A DNA stretch of 64,000 bases from an uncultured Nitrososphaerales archaeon (GTDB lineage Archaea > Thermoproteota > Nitrososphaeria > Nitrososphaerales > Nitrososphaeraceae): assembly GCA_963709405.1 (NCBI GenBank), contig CAVPXM010000021.1, positions 64,001 through 128,000 of the forward strand. Direction: 5' to 3'. Shown piece by piece: positions 31,482-42,331 of the stretch (the first letter of the stretch is position 1; every line of letters begins with the position of its first letter). The notes beneath the pieces are model-generated. The model did not search any database. It was not told where the DNA came from and saw only the letters and a program-made list of their open reading frames with translations. Made by a program: the position numbers and the translations under genes.

Positions 31482-31910
31482 TTAAGGATGGTCAATGATC
31501 TCATTGACTCTTTCCAAAATCTCATCATTTTCTATCGGCTTTTGTATATAATATCGCTGCCCTGATTTAGGAAATACTTCTTTCTTGAATATGTCATATT
31601 CATGTAACTCACTTAACGCTGTCAGAAAACACACTTTGATCTTTTTATCGATCTTAATTAATTCTTTATAGAGTTCAAATCCGTTCATTTGTGGCATTTT
31701 TATGTCTAAAATCAGGAGGTTGTAAGTATCGAGCTTGAAATTTTTTACCGCCTGTAGGGGTTCTGTGTATGTATCCACTTTAAAGTTATTTCTCTCAAGT
31801 ACTGTCTTCAAAGTAATTACTATGTCTGGTTCATCATCTACAACGAGAATTGATCCCTTTTTTTCCAGAGTTGAGTTGGTTTCTCCTCCGTATGACGGCA
31901 TAGTATGCAT
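31482..31910 (-). CDS. stand-alone response-regulator receiver domain
   Basis: VVDDE, LDIKMPQMNG, FLTA and QKP motifs. Confidence 0.92.
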   Translation of the reverse strand: MHTMPSYGGETNSTLEKKGSILVVDDEPDIVITLKTVLERNNFKVDTYTEPLQAVKNFKLDTYNLLILDIKMPQMNGFELYKELIKIDKKIKVCFLTALSELHEYDIFKKEVFPKSGQRYYIQKPIENDEILERVNEIIDHP

Positions 31911-32402
31911 TTCATTACGTCATCAAATATTATAGCCTTATCGCTTTTAACAACTAAGAACCCATCCCAAAAATAGATAGACATATCAGCTTGTGATTTT
32001 CCTATTCATAAGTGTGGCTTATAGTAGAGTCAAATGCCTTCCAACTGTCAAAAGAATCCCTGATGAATTATGGGATGAAATAAGGTTGATACTTCCATCA
32101 GAAAAACCAAATAATACCATCGGACGTCCAGCAGTATCGTTTAGGGCTCACATCATTTTGAGCATTGCTGCGCAAATCAATCTACTGATAAGAACCATAG
32201 ACACCATCGTTCTGTGTTAAAGACGAAGTGCCAGTACCTAATCCAGATTATCATCGTAAGTAAAGTACCATTAAAAGAACAGCTCCTCAATCAGTCTGCT
32301 ATCAGACTTTCTTTATGCCCAATACAAAACCCATGGCGAATCCAAATGTCGCCGCACCTATTCAGATCTCGCCAATCAATTAACAAACAATGTAGAGAGA
32401 TA

Positions 32403-33302
32403 TTAGTTGCGTATAGCATACCCTTTTGCATTCCTCCGATGACGTTCTAAAGCTTCATCGAGAATAGAGTGATCTCCTGTCATATTATATTGTTTAGTCA
32501 ATCCTGTAATTACATTCCTTACAAATTCGGGAGGACAATAAGGAGTCAATACTTCTTCAATTTCTGCTAACTTTATCCTTGCGGCTTCATCCAGATCTTG
32601 AAAAGAAGGGTTGTCAACTGACGCTTGTTGCATCCGCTGTTCTGAAATATCTGTACTAGACATTGGTCTCTTTGAAGGCGAAAGATGGTTAAACGCCTCC
32701 ATTTGGTTTACTTTTTGGCGCAATTCCACTAGATATTCATCTACAGAGTAGTCGTTTCCACCATCATAGAAAACCTGTCGAGCAAGATTTGTTAATATGA
32801 CATCTACCCTTTCAGATGAAAAATACGGTCCAGACAATTTTTTAATCTTTTCAAACTTAGACAGCAACGTATCTTGAGATTCCGTGAGGGACCATGACTG
32901 TTCTTTATGGACGGCTATATCTAACTGTTGCTCTGTAGCATCGGAATCCTGGTATAACCTCTTTGAATTTTTATTTCTCATCATTGGTGGAACGACATTT
33001 GAATAGCTCAATGGGTCCAGCTTATTATCTATGATCGCACTAGGGTCGAAAGTGCTATTATCATCGTGAGTAATCGTGCAGTGACGTGGTTCATATTGCT
33101 TGTTGGTCTTCCTTCTTTGCAGGCGCGGAGGGATTATGGGTGGTGGATAATCCCTTTTAACGCGTCCTATGATATACTCCGTATACCTAACGATAATAGG
33201 CCTTTCGTTATGGATACTAGTATTGTCCCTGTGTCTTTTTCCACTAGATTTTCTAGTAAAATCTTCTGCACAAATTATGCATACCCATTGAGGTTTTGAC
33301 AT
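32403..33302 (-). CDS. hypothetical protein with N-terminal C2H2-like finger and a duplicated helical domain
   Basis: WVCIICAEDFTRKSSGKRHRDNTSIH; intact 299-aa ORF with an upstream TATA-like TTTAAAA. Confidence 0.75.
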   Translation of the reverse strand: MSKPQWVCIICAEDFTRKSSGKRHRDNTSIHNERPIIVRYTEYIIGRVKRDYPPPIIPPRLQRRKTNKQYEPRHCTITHDDNSTFDPSAIIDNKLDPLSYSNVVPPMMRNKNSKRLYQDSDATEQQLDIAVHKEQSWSLTESQDTLLSKFEKIKKLSGPYFSSERVDVILTNLARQVFYDGGNDYSVDEYLVELRQKVNQMEAFNHLSPSKRPMSSTDISEQRMQQASVDNPSFQDLDEAARIKLAEIEEVLTPYCPPEFVRNVITGLTKQYNMTGDHSILDEALERHRRNAKGYAIRN

Positions 33303-33702
33303 ACTATTTTATCTGATATTTATTTCTAAAGCCCGGTTTAAATAAAAACTAGTCTTGAAAAAATGGAAAGTCTTATTGGATTCGGGCGCCACACTGTGCT
33401 GCGCTCCACAGTAACTTAATACTATAAAATAGTTCTAATTAGCTCGTCGCTTTTAAGCTTCAGAAAGACATCTCAGGTATTTCAAAGGTTGTATACTAGA
33501 CTGCTAAAAGTGTATGATAGTATAGTAGGCATTCAATGGAGATGGCAATCACTTGATAGTATGTCTGTAAAGGCATCTTTAGGAGGAAATGACTGGTTGG
33601 CCCTAATCCTATAGATAGAAGTTAGGAACAAAACGTCATGTATTAACTGATGGACAAGGTATTCCATTATCTGTTGTTGTAACTGCGGCAAATAGATGTA
33701 AC

Positions 33703-33755
33703 GGCTCTGTAAAGTTAAGGAAAAATCTATAGCTTTATGACTCGGATATAGAGCC
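33703..33755. mobile_element. 53-bp IS6-derived miniature element (MITE)
   Basis: GGCTCTGTA...TATAGAGCC ends; flanks GATGTAAC / GACGTAAC form a near-perfect 8-bp TSD; sequence matches the ends of the IS6 at 42332-43015. Confidence 0.8.
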
Positions 33756-34283
33756 GACGTAACATGAGGCTGCTATAAATATGCTGGATAATACCGTAAT
33801 AAATAGACAATCTCTACATAAAGATGTTCAAAATCTCTGTCTGTCTTGACAAAGGATATGATTCTAAAGGGATTGAATATAATAATGTTGTCGAAAGAGG
33901 ATACATATCCCATATTCGATATAGATGTAGGAAGTCTGCATCAGCAATCGGGAAAGGCAGTCATCATAATTCTAGAAGATGGGTTGTTGAAAGAACCAAC
34001 TCTTGGCATAACAGGTTCAGAAAACGTTTAATCAGATATGAAAAGAGTATAGAAATCTATTTTGCGTTAGTATGTTTCGGCTGTTGCATTGTTATCTACA
34101 GGAGGATAATTTTGGGATAGGCTCTTAATCAAAATTAAGCAAGCATGACTCCTTCTAATATTAACTTCATCCGATCCGAAGTATATCAAATGATGTGACT
34201 TGGCTCGTTAGGCAATAGTCCAGCATAACTATCAGACCGAAAGAATCTATGGCTGAGTTTCCGTAGAACTAGTAGAAAATTTG

Positions 34284-36584
34284 TCATTTGTTGCCACCAA
34301 GAATTTTGTTCGTACTACCATCTATCACAGTGACTGTGTTTGCGTCCTGGTTTGTCACGTATAGCATATTATTCTTTTGGTTTAGGGCTATGTGACTAGC
34401 AAAATCGAAATCATCGGATAGATTTGGATCACCTATACTAATACTATCAATAATCTTATTTGTAGTACCATCAATAACTGTAACTGTATTGGAACCGACA
34501 TTACTTACGTATAGTCTATTTGTAACCGGATTGAAGGCATCGCCATGAGGTTGATTGCCCGAGGCAACAACCGAGACAACTGTGCCGTTATCCTTGGATG
34601 CATTAATTACTGAAACGGTATCGTCGTCTTGGTTGGCAACATAGATCATATTGGCAACTTCATTCACAGCTAAATCTGCGGGTGAATTTCCAACTTTTAT
34701 GGTTTTTAAAACCTTGTACATGCCGCCATCAATAACCGAAACGGTATTATCATCAGCGTTTGTTAAATACACTAGATTAGTTCTGGAGTTAATCGCTGCT
34801 TCTTCCGGTGAATTTCCAACTTTTATGGTTTTTAAAACCTTGTACGTGCCGCCATCAATAACCGAAACGGTATCATCATCCTCATTGGTGACGTATGCTT
34901 TGTTGGTATTTGGGTTAACTACTACACTATGTGGTGAGTTGCCTGTATGGATATTAGTTATCATTCTATTCGATCTACCATCTATGACTGACACAGTGCT
35001 AGAATTCGTATCATAAGTCCCCCAATTGGTCACGTATATCTTATTCGTAATAGGATTAATTGCTACGACATGTGGAAAGGTACCCACATGGATGTCATTC
35101 GTGATTACGCTTTGTGTTTTGCCGTCTATAACTGAAACACTGTTAGATTCTTGGTTAGTTACGTAGATCTTATTGGTCTCTGAATTCACAGCAATTCCAT
35201 GAGGTGCCTTACCAACCATAATTCCAGGTAACGTAATTCCTGGTTGTCCGATCTGGCTAGTTTCAATTTCTCCTGTCAGCAATATCTCATGTTTATTGAC
35301 ATTCATAAGAGACTTGACATCATCAATAGCACTCATATTGACATTCAAAACAGAGACAACATCGGCATCTTCGCTAGTCAAATAGACTTTGTTAGTTTTT
35401 GGATTTACTGCTAGATATGTTGCAAGATTGTAAACTTGGGGCGTTTTAGCAAAATTCTTGCTGGCTATTAGAACATTGGCCAGAACTTTTCCATGATTGT
35501 CAGAACCATTCACAATAGACACGCTATAGGAACCAGAGTTCGCCACATAGACCATGTTCCTAATAGGATCGACAGCAATTCCTTCAGGTGATTTCCCTAC
35601 TTGCAGAGTGTTTATTACCTTATTCGTGTTGCCATCGATCACCGAAACTGACATAGAGTCCGTGATAGTCGTTATGACATCGTCAAGTGGGAAGCCACGA
35701 TTTGTGACAAAGATCTTGTTGGTTTTGGGGTTTACGGCCACACTATATGGAGAATGACCAACTGGGATATCTGCCACAACCCTGCTGGACCTTCCATCTA
35801 TTACGGATGTACTGTTGGAATCCTTATTGGCTACATAGATCATATCTGTAAGTGGGTTAATGGCTATTCCAGTCGGGGATTTCCCCACGGTAATCATTTT
35901 TGACATTACGTGTGTTCTACCATCTACAACTGAGACAGAGTCAGTAAGGGAACTTATCACGTAGATCATATCTGTAAGCGGGTTAATGGCTATTCCAGTT
36001 GGAGAAAGACCGACGGTGAAATTGCTTATGACTTGGTTTGTACGTCCATCAATGACTGAAACGCTATTAAGATCCTGGTTAGTGACGTATACTATGTTTT
36101 TTGTCAGATCGAGTGCGAGGCCAGCAGGAGATTTGCCAACTTTGATGTCTGCAATCACTCTGTCCCTATTGTTACCATCTAGTACAGTGATAGTATCCGA
36201 AAGATAGTTGGCAATATAAATCATATTTGTAGTGGGATTTATTGCAATGCTTCTTGGTTCACTACCAACCTTTATTCCATACGAGGCAGAACGAAACAGC
36301 TTGGTTTCGGGTTGGCTTACGATTAAATTGCTATCATTTTGAATATTTTTAAAAGAAAATGTTTTGGTTGAACCTGTGTCGATAGATGGATAATGATGAG
36401 AAACTAGACCAGTTGCGCCAGCATGGCGATCTGCTGATGATGCAAAGGACACTAGCAGTAACAAAAGGAACATCAGTATATATATGACTAGTATTTCTGG
36501 CAATTGCTGCCTCATTTTCATCCACATCGGTTGATACTTTGATTGCAACCAATGGTTTTTATCACTTTCAATTCGGAGCGTCAT
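34284..36584 (-). CDS. secreted YVTN/YncE beta-propeller repeat protein (about 14 blades)
   Basis: N-terminal hydrophobic segment and recurrent VG.SP.GIAINP.TN.IYV.N..S..VSVIDG units. Confidence 0.92.
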   Translation of the reverse strand: MTLRIESDKNHWLQSKYQPMWMKMRQQLPEILVIYILMFLLLLLVSFASSADRHAGATGLVSHHYPSIDTGSTKTFSFKNIQNDSNLIVSQPETKLFRSASYGIKVGSEPRSIAINPTTNMIYIANYLSDTITVLDGNNRDRVIADIKVGKSPAGLALDLTKNIVYVTNQDLNSVSVIDGRTNQVISNFTVGLSPTGIAINPLTDMIYVISSLTDSVSVVDGRTHVMSKMITVGKSPTGIAINPLTDMIYVANKDSNSTSVIDGRSSRVVADIPVGHSPYSVAVNPKTNKIFVTNRGFPLDDVITTITDSMSVSVIDGNTNKVINTLQVGKSPEGIAVDPIRNMVYVANSGSYSVSIVNGSDNHGKVLANVLIASKNFAKTPQVYNLATYLAVNPKTNKVYLTSEDADVVSVLNVNMSAIDDVKSLMNVNKHEILLTGEIETSQIGQPGITLPGIMVGKAPHGIAVNSETNKIYVTNQESNSVSVIDGKTQSVITNDIHVGTFPHVVAINPITNKIYVTNWGTYDTNSSTVSVIDGRSNRMITNIHTGNSPHSVVVNPNTNKAYVTNEDDDTVSVIDGGTYKVLKTIKVGNSPEEAAINSRTNLVYLTNADDNTVSVIDGGMYKVLKTIKVGNSPADLAVNEVANMIYVANQDDDTVSVINASKDNGTVVSVVASGNQPHGDAFNPVTNRLYVSNVGSNTVTVIDGTTNKIIDSISIGDPNLSDDFDFASHIALNQKNNMLYVTNQDANTVTVIDGSTNKILGGNK

Positions 36585-36703
36585 AATATGGATTGTTCTG
36601 GAATTCCTTGAATATACTATTAGCGGTAAACATAACCTTTGAGCTTCTATTGAATGGATTCATAGGGACAATCCAACATAATAGAACAGGCAAATATTAC
36701 CCT

Positions 36704-37500
36704 TTAGATTAAGACGCTCCCTCTGTCTCTTATTAGAGTATTGCCGGTTGTATAGGAAAAATTGTCACTAGCGATACATCCTGCGATTCGCGCTGCTTTT
36801 CCAGGTGTTCCACACCTTCTCATCGCAGATTCTCTTGATGCCTTCTCCCTCTCATCTTCGTCAATAACGCCGTGAGTTGCAGCAGTCGTAATAATGCCTA
36901 AGGTCAGGGTGTAAGATCTGATGTTGTCTTCGGCATATTCCTTTGCAATGCATTTTGTCAAGCCGATGACTGCGCAATTTGCTATGGTGTATGGAGAGCC
37001 TTCGACATGTCACTCAATCGCCGGAGTTGAAGAAATATTCATGCTGACTACGTCACCCTTCCAATTATTATAGGGATTAGGCGTGGCTTTTCCCTCTTAT
37101 CATGTGGGACTAAACGTCAATGATACTCTAATAACTTCCCAACTTAGATCAATTGCTAAGATTGTTTCTAATTCGTCATTCGGAACTTGACGAAAGTCTT
37201 TTATACAGATTCTTTTGTAAAATAAAAGCCTGTATTATTTACTAAAATATCAATTCTCCCCGTGCTCAGCCAATATTTTTTGCATACGCCCGTAGGATAC
37301 TCATATGAACCATCAACTTGTTCCGCAACGCAATTGATATTAATTTTGCTGACTGCCAACCTAGCTCTATCAATATTTCCAGAACATATGATTGTCAATG
37401 CATCATGGTCCTCAGAAAAACCTTTTGCCATCGAAAATCCAATGCCCATTGTAGCTCCCGTTGCTTTGTTGCATAATTCAGAAAGATCGTCATCTTGCAA
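36704..37500 (-). pseudogene. short-chain dehydrogenase/reductase pseudogene
   Basis: TGATMGIG, GRIDILVNNTG and YTTGNTLIRDRG fragments spread over several frames with stops. Confidence 0.8.
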
Positions 37501-37962
37501 TGCTTTTAGTACTTCTCAGGAATAGGCCAAATGCGGATTACTCCTTTTTAGCTGAATGTTTCAAAGTTAGTTGACTAATTGTTGTCTTCTCTCTTCTTCT
37601 TAGCAACAAGGTTTCTCTAAACATCTGTTGATTAGACTCGTATTACATTTCCCTGCAATGCTAAAGAGTTAGGTCGTATTACTTTGAGTTGCACGATTTA
37701 AAAAAAAAAATTTTATCTAAATTCTACTGTCGCTTCAAAGGAATATACACATTCGGTTTATCCATTTCATCAATTGATTGAATAATGCCTGAAAGATAGA
37801 AACGTCGTTAGATTGAAAGTCTCTAGTATATCAAGATTTAATATTATCAAATTTCGAAATCCTCTCTCAAGACAAGTTTTCTCTCAATCTTCAATAAGAT
37901 AAATTAGGATTTTTCGGATCGCATTAACTATCCTAATCGAAATAAGTCAATTATTCAACTTA

Positions 37963-39214
37963 TTGTTTGTGGTCAAGACTAACCAATCTACCCTAACAAT
38001 TTATCTTATTGTATTCTTGTCAGTATTGCTCATTCTGTCAACTAGATCATATACGCTTGAAAATGTATTTGCAAAGTATTATAAGCTAAACAGTACGACA
38101 GTCGAAGTTGATCCGTGTAGATATCAAATGTCAGAAGGTAATACTTTATGTCAGTATGACAGCTTAAGTAGTCGTGACGCTGCCATCGGGGCTGGTGAAC
38201 TGAATTCTAATTTCGATAATTCAAAGAGTCTTACTAGCTCATTTCTAAAGCATTACGATGAAGATCGAGCACACGAATTAGAAAATCATGATAATTATCA
38301 AAATGGTATTGTTTCTAATGAAGGAAACGATAACAGCAGTGGGAGTGGGGGTATAATGCCAGCTCTTGTCGGCCATAACGGCGGTGGTCATGACGGCGGT
38401 GGCGGTTCAGGGCAGCGGCGGTTCAGGCAGCGGCGGTTCAGGCAGCGGTGGTTCAGGCGACGGCGGTGGTCATGACGGCGGTGGCGGTTCAGGCAGCGGC
38501 GGTGGTCATGACGGCGGTGGCGGTTCAGGCAGCGGCGGTGGTCATGACGGCGGTGGCGGTTCAGGCAGCGGCGGTGGTCATGACGGCGGTGGCGGTTCAG
38601 GCAGCGGCGGTGGTCATGACGGCGGTGGCGGTTCAGGCAGCGGCGGTGGTCATGACGGCGGTGGCGGTTCAGGCAGCGGCGGTGGTCATGACGGCGGTGG
38701 CGGTTCAGGCAGCGGCGGTGGTCATGACGGCGGTGGCGGTTCAGGCAGCGGCGGTGGTCATGACGGCGGTGGCGGTTCAGGCAGCGGCGGTGGTCATGAC
38801 GGCGGTGGCGGTTCAGGCAGCGGCGGTGGTCATGACGGCGGCGGTCAAGGAGGTAATAATGGAAATAGTGGCCAAAATGGCAATAATAACGGCGGTAGCA
38901 AGGACAGTAACTGCACACCGGTAACTCTCAGTGGCTTGCCCGGTCAAACCCGGCCGGTGGCAATTTGCTTGGTCGTTGGCGTGACTACAAATGTCCCTAC
39001 CGAGATAGGCTCTGCGACATTTACCCTGAGCCAAGCTAATGGGAACGAATTCAAATTAACAATCAACAAATTTAATGGCCAGACTCAACCGGCCATTATA
39101 ACTCTTGCATTAGGCGTGACAACTCCCATTATTGTTCCAGGTTTGGGTAGTGGAACTGTTCTTATTGGGGATACATATTCTATCATCCTAGATATACCTA
39201 GATTATCATCCTAG
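37963..39214 (+). CDS. secreted Gly/His-repeat protein (frameshift near 38410)
   Basis: Signal-like N-terminus in ORF 37963; an extra G in TCAGGGCAGC shifts to the frame carrying GGGHDGGGGSGS repeats and a beta-rich C-terminal domain. Confidence 0.75.
38380..38845 (+). repeat. 36-bp coding tandem repeat (GGGHDGGGGSGS)
   Basis: Ten identical units at 38462-38821 plus variant flanking units; very high GC against an AT-rich background. Confidence 0.97.
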
Positions 39215-39883
39215 GGGCTTTGTAGAAACCATGTGATTATTGTAAGATTAGTTAATCTGTGGGCATTGTAGGTTATACATCTGAATGATTATTCCCTGTT
39301 TTGTGTTCTCACTAGTCTTGACGTAATGTGCTCTCCAAATAATCCTTTTATGACTGATATTATGGATTCATCCTTCTTGCTTATCTGATTGTAAAGCATC
39401 TTACAATAGCCACGTTTCATTTGTTTTCTGTATCTCCCATGTGTCTTCCATATTGGTACATGTTCATATCTTGGAGGTATCACACTGGAAGGATATCTAA
39501 TGTCCTTGTTAGGATTGGCTTGAAACCTATGTTATCGTGTCTTGTAGGAGCTCGTCTTATCTTAATCGAATATCTGATTTGTTGTAATACATCGGCTCCA
39601 ATAGATAATTTCGCATATTTTCTTCTCTCCTCAACCCTGTTCGTTCAGTATAATACTGTGACGCATATGTAACTTTGAATCCTGTACAATCTATTCCGGT
39701 AAATATTTGATGCTTGTAAGTAATAATAATAATATGAATGAGGAAATTATTCTCTCCAATTATGTACCATTTATTCTTGCAGCAAACTTCTGAAGTGTAG
39801 TATAATGTGGAATATGGGATAATTGAAGAAATGTACTTAAATTCCTTCAATATACATAGTGTATTATGCTTCTACAAAGCTTT
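39215..39883 (-). mobile_element. internally deleted IS5-like (DDE_Tnp_1) remnant
   Basis: IR core GCTTTGTAGAA / TTCTACAAAGC; fragments GIDCTGFKVTYASQYY and ESIISVIKGLFGEHITSR. Confidence 0.8.
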
Positions 39884-40063
39884 GACGGAATTTATAAAAA
39901 GCATCTTCTTTAGAGCCCATCGTAGATATGCCAAGAATATCTGCCGTTCACTTTCACACGGAAGCTATCAAACATAGAACTGACCAGTGAGTAGAAATTG
40001 TTCACGCGCTGCTACGACTCATAACAACATTTCTACAGTTAAATTTATGAGAAACCCAAAAAT

Positions 40064-41413
40064 ATGTTCAATCGAGAAAAGCTGATTGAGGAAGGAAGGG
40101 AAGAGTCCAGCTTGTCTAAACTTATGAATACATATATTTCACCTTTGTTCATCTGTTTGTTTCTTGCAGCCATTTTGATATTGAATTTTGTACCGTCTAG
40201 TTACTACCTAGCTAAGGCTGCTTATGTGAAAGCGACAGTAGCCCCGAATGGGCCAACAGTCAATGATCCTAATCTGAAGGTGGAAAAAGTATTTTCTGGA
40301 GAACTCAATGTTCCAACTAGTATGGCATTCTTAGGTCCCAACGACATTTTAGTTTTAGAGAAGAATAAAGGTATTGTTGATAGGATAGTAAATGGAAAGT
40401 TAATGCCGCAACCGGTATTACAAATTTCCAACATTGCTAATGAAGAAGTTGAATGGGGACTACTTGGAATTGCAATCGATAGGCGAGGGAATGATGCCTT
40501 GAGTCCTACATACGTGTTCCTCTACTATACTGAAAAAGGATCTAGTGGTGAAAGGCCCGCTAACCATCTATATAGATATGAACTATCATCGAACGGTGCT
40601 AAACTTGAGAATCCTACATTATTGATGAATCTTCCGGCAAATTCTCCGGACCCCCAGGGGGAGAGTAATCATGATGGTGGTAAAATCGTGATAGGTCCTG
40701 ATCATAATGTTTACACCGTGATTGGAGATGTTGGAGGTCATAATGGTCAGGCTCAGAACAACAAGGATGGAGCTAGGCTAGATGCGACTAGTGGCATTTT
40801 AAGGGTAACAGAAGCGGGACAACCAGTATCTCCAGTTCTCCTCGGAGACGAGGATCCGACGAAAGTATATTACGCCTATGGAGTACGTAATAGCTTTGGT
40901 ATTGATTTTGATCCTCTGACTGGGAACTTATGGGATACTGAAAATGGAGCTAATGATAATGATGAAATAAATCTCGTTACGCCAGGATTTAATAGCGGCT
41001 GGACTACAGTTATGGGCTTCGCACCAACGGGATTTGAACCAAACCAGCAGTTAGTATCCTTCGATGGGAAGGGGAAGTATCACGACCCACAATTTGTATG
41101 GAGACAAACTATAGGGCCAACGGCATTGAAATTCTTAAATTCGGACAAACTGGGCAAACAATACGAAAATACAATTTTTAGCGGAGATGTTAACACAGGT
41201 AATTTGTATAACTTTAAGTTGAGTGATGATAGGACAAGCTTGGCATTAGGTGGCGACCTCTCAGACAAGGTAGCGGACACTCGAGGTGAGCTTCAGCCGG
41301 TAACATTTGGGCAAGGCTTTGGCGTAATTACAGATATTAAAGTTGGACCAGGAGACGGATATCTATATGTGCTTACCTACGACGGTAGTATATACCGAAT
41401 TCTTCCAAATTGA
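40064..41413 (+). CDS. PQQ-dependent glucose/sorbosone dehydrogenase family protein
   Basis: GLLGIA, NHDGGKIVIGPD, YAYGVRNSFG, DEIN and PGFNSGW motifs; signal-like N-terminus. Confidence 0.92.
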   Translation: MFNREKLIEEGREESSLSKLMNTYISPLFICLFLAAILILNFVPSSYYLAKAAYVKATVAPNGPTVNDPNLKVEKVFSGELNVPTSMAFLGPNDILVLEKNKGIVDRIVNGKLMPQPVLQISNIANEEVEWGLLGIAIDRRGNDALSPTYVFLYYTEKGSSGERPANHLYRYELSSNGAKLENPTLLMNLPANSPDPQGESNHDGGKIVIGPDHNVYTVIGDVGGHNGQAQNNKDGARLDATSGILRVTEAGQPVSPVLLGDEDPTKVYYAYGVRNSFGIDFDPLTGNLWDTENGANDNDEINLVTPGFNSGWTTVMGFAPTGFEPNQQLVSFDGKGKYHDPQFVWRQTIGPTALKFLNSDKLGKQYENTIFSGDVNTGNLYNFKLSDDRTSLALGGDLSDKVADTRGELQPVTFGQGFGVITDIKVGPGDGYLYVLTYDGSIYRILPN

Positions 41414-41535
41414 TGTCATCGTCTCCTTTTTTTTAAATCTAATTCGTAGCCAGAACGAAGCATATTCAGCAAGCTTAGACTTCTAGTGAAATACAAATCC
41501 TTAAGTGAGAGAACGACCGCAAGAAAAGTTTACGT

Positions 41536-42225
41536 ATGAATTTCTCAAGGTGCAAGAAGCTGAATTCTTTAGATTCTCGCTTTTATAAACTCCAGTTAAT
41601 ATCTGGATTAGTGTTAGTAGCTTTTCTAACTATTGTTCTATTGTCTTGCTCGAGTCCAAAGGTGATCTTGATTGGAAATGCAATGGCTGCTTCGAATAGT
41701 AACAACATCTCTTCTGCCATTCATAATAAATTACTGGACTACAAAAATAGTACCTACGGAATTAGCATGCACTATCCTGCGAATTGGGAGTCTAGTCCGG
41801 GAGAAAACAATAACAGCGCCGATTCGAGTATAGATGTTGTCAGTTTCTCGCCGACAGGAGAAAACAATTCGTCAGCAACTGTGGATTTATTGGTGGATAC
41901 CGTCGATTCTGGCCAAAATCTGAAACAATATGTCCCGGAGTTGATATCGGATAATAAGATTGATTTGAAGGATTTTAAGGTTCTCAACTCTTCAACAGGT
42001 GACGTCACTCTTGCAAGCGCTCCTGCTTATAAAGTAGAATACACATATACGGATGATACCGGACAGAATCTCAAAGGGCTAGAAACAGGAACAATTATCG
42101 GAAACAAGGTGTATTTTGTCGTATATGAAAATTCCCCGGCACAATATGACGGAGATCTTTCTGCTGCCCAAAAAATGATCGACTCATTAAAAATTGAAAA
42201 TTCCGCTAATGTAATCAAGCGGTAA
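41536..42225 (+). CDS. secreted PsbP-related protein
   Basis: Y.NSTYGISMHYPANW, TLASAPAYKVEYTY and AQKMIDSLKI pattern. Confidence 0.8.
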   Translation: MNFSRCKKLNSLDSRFYKLQLISGLVLVAFLTIVLLSCSSPKVILIGNAMAASNSNNISSAIHNKLLDYKNSTYGISMHYPANWESSPGENNNSADSSIDVVSFSPTGENNSSATVDLLVDTVDSGQNLKQYVPELISDNKIDLKDFKVLNSSTGDVTLASAPAYKVEYTYTDDTGQNLKGLETGTIIGNKVYFVVYENSPAQYDGDLSAAQKMIDSLKIENSANVIKR

Positions 42226-42331
42226 AATACCTAGCATATCAATTGCGTGTAATTTTGATTGATCACTTCCCAGTCTTTGCTTTTTTGCCGCATAGACTTC
42301 TATAAAATTGATTGAGTACGTGTATCTACCC

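Larger units (their letters stand above)
31957..34125 (+). mobile_element. IS5-family element interrupted by two insertions
   Basis: Terminal IRs AGAACCCATCCCAAAA / TTTTGGGATAGGCTCT, each flanked by TA. Transposase N-terminus (IPDELWDEI..GRP) runs to about 32143 and the remainder (WQSLDS, DKGYD, RWVVERTNSW) resumes from about 33457. Confidence 0.88.

Noticed and set aside
38388-38924. ORFs with RHRRHDHRRCLN and AVVMTAVAVQAA repeats
   Set aside because: Alternative-frame and antisense shadows of the 36-bp Gly repeat.
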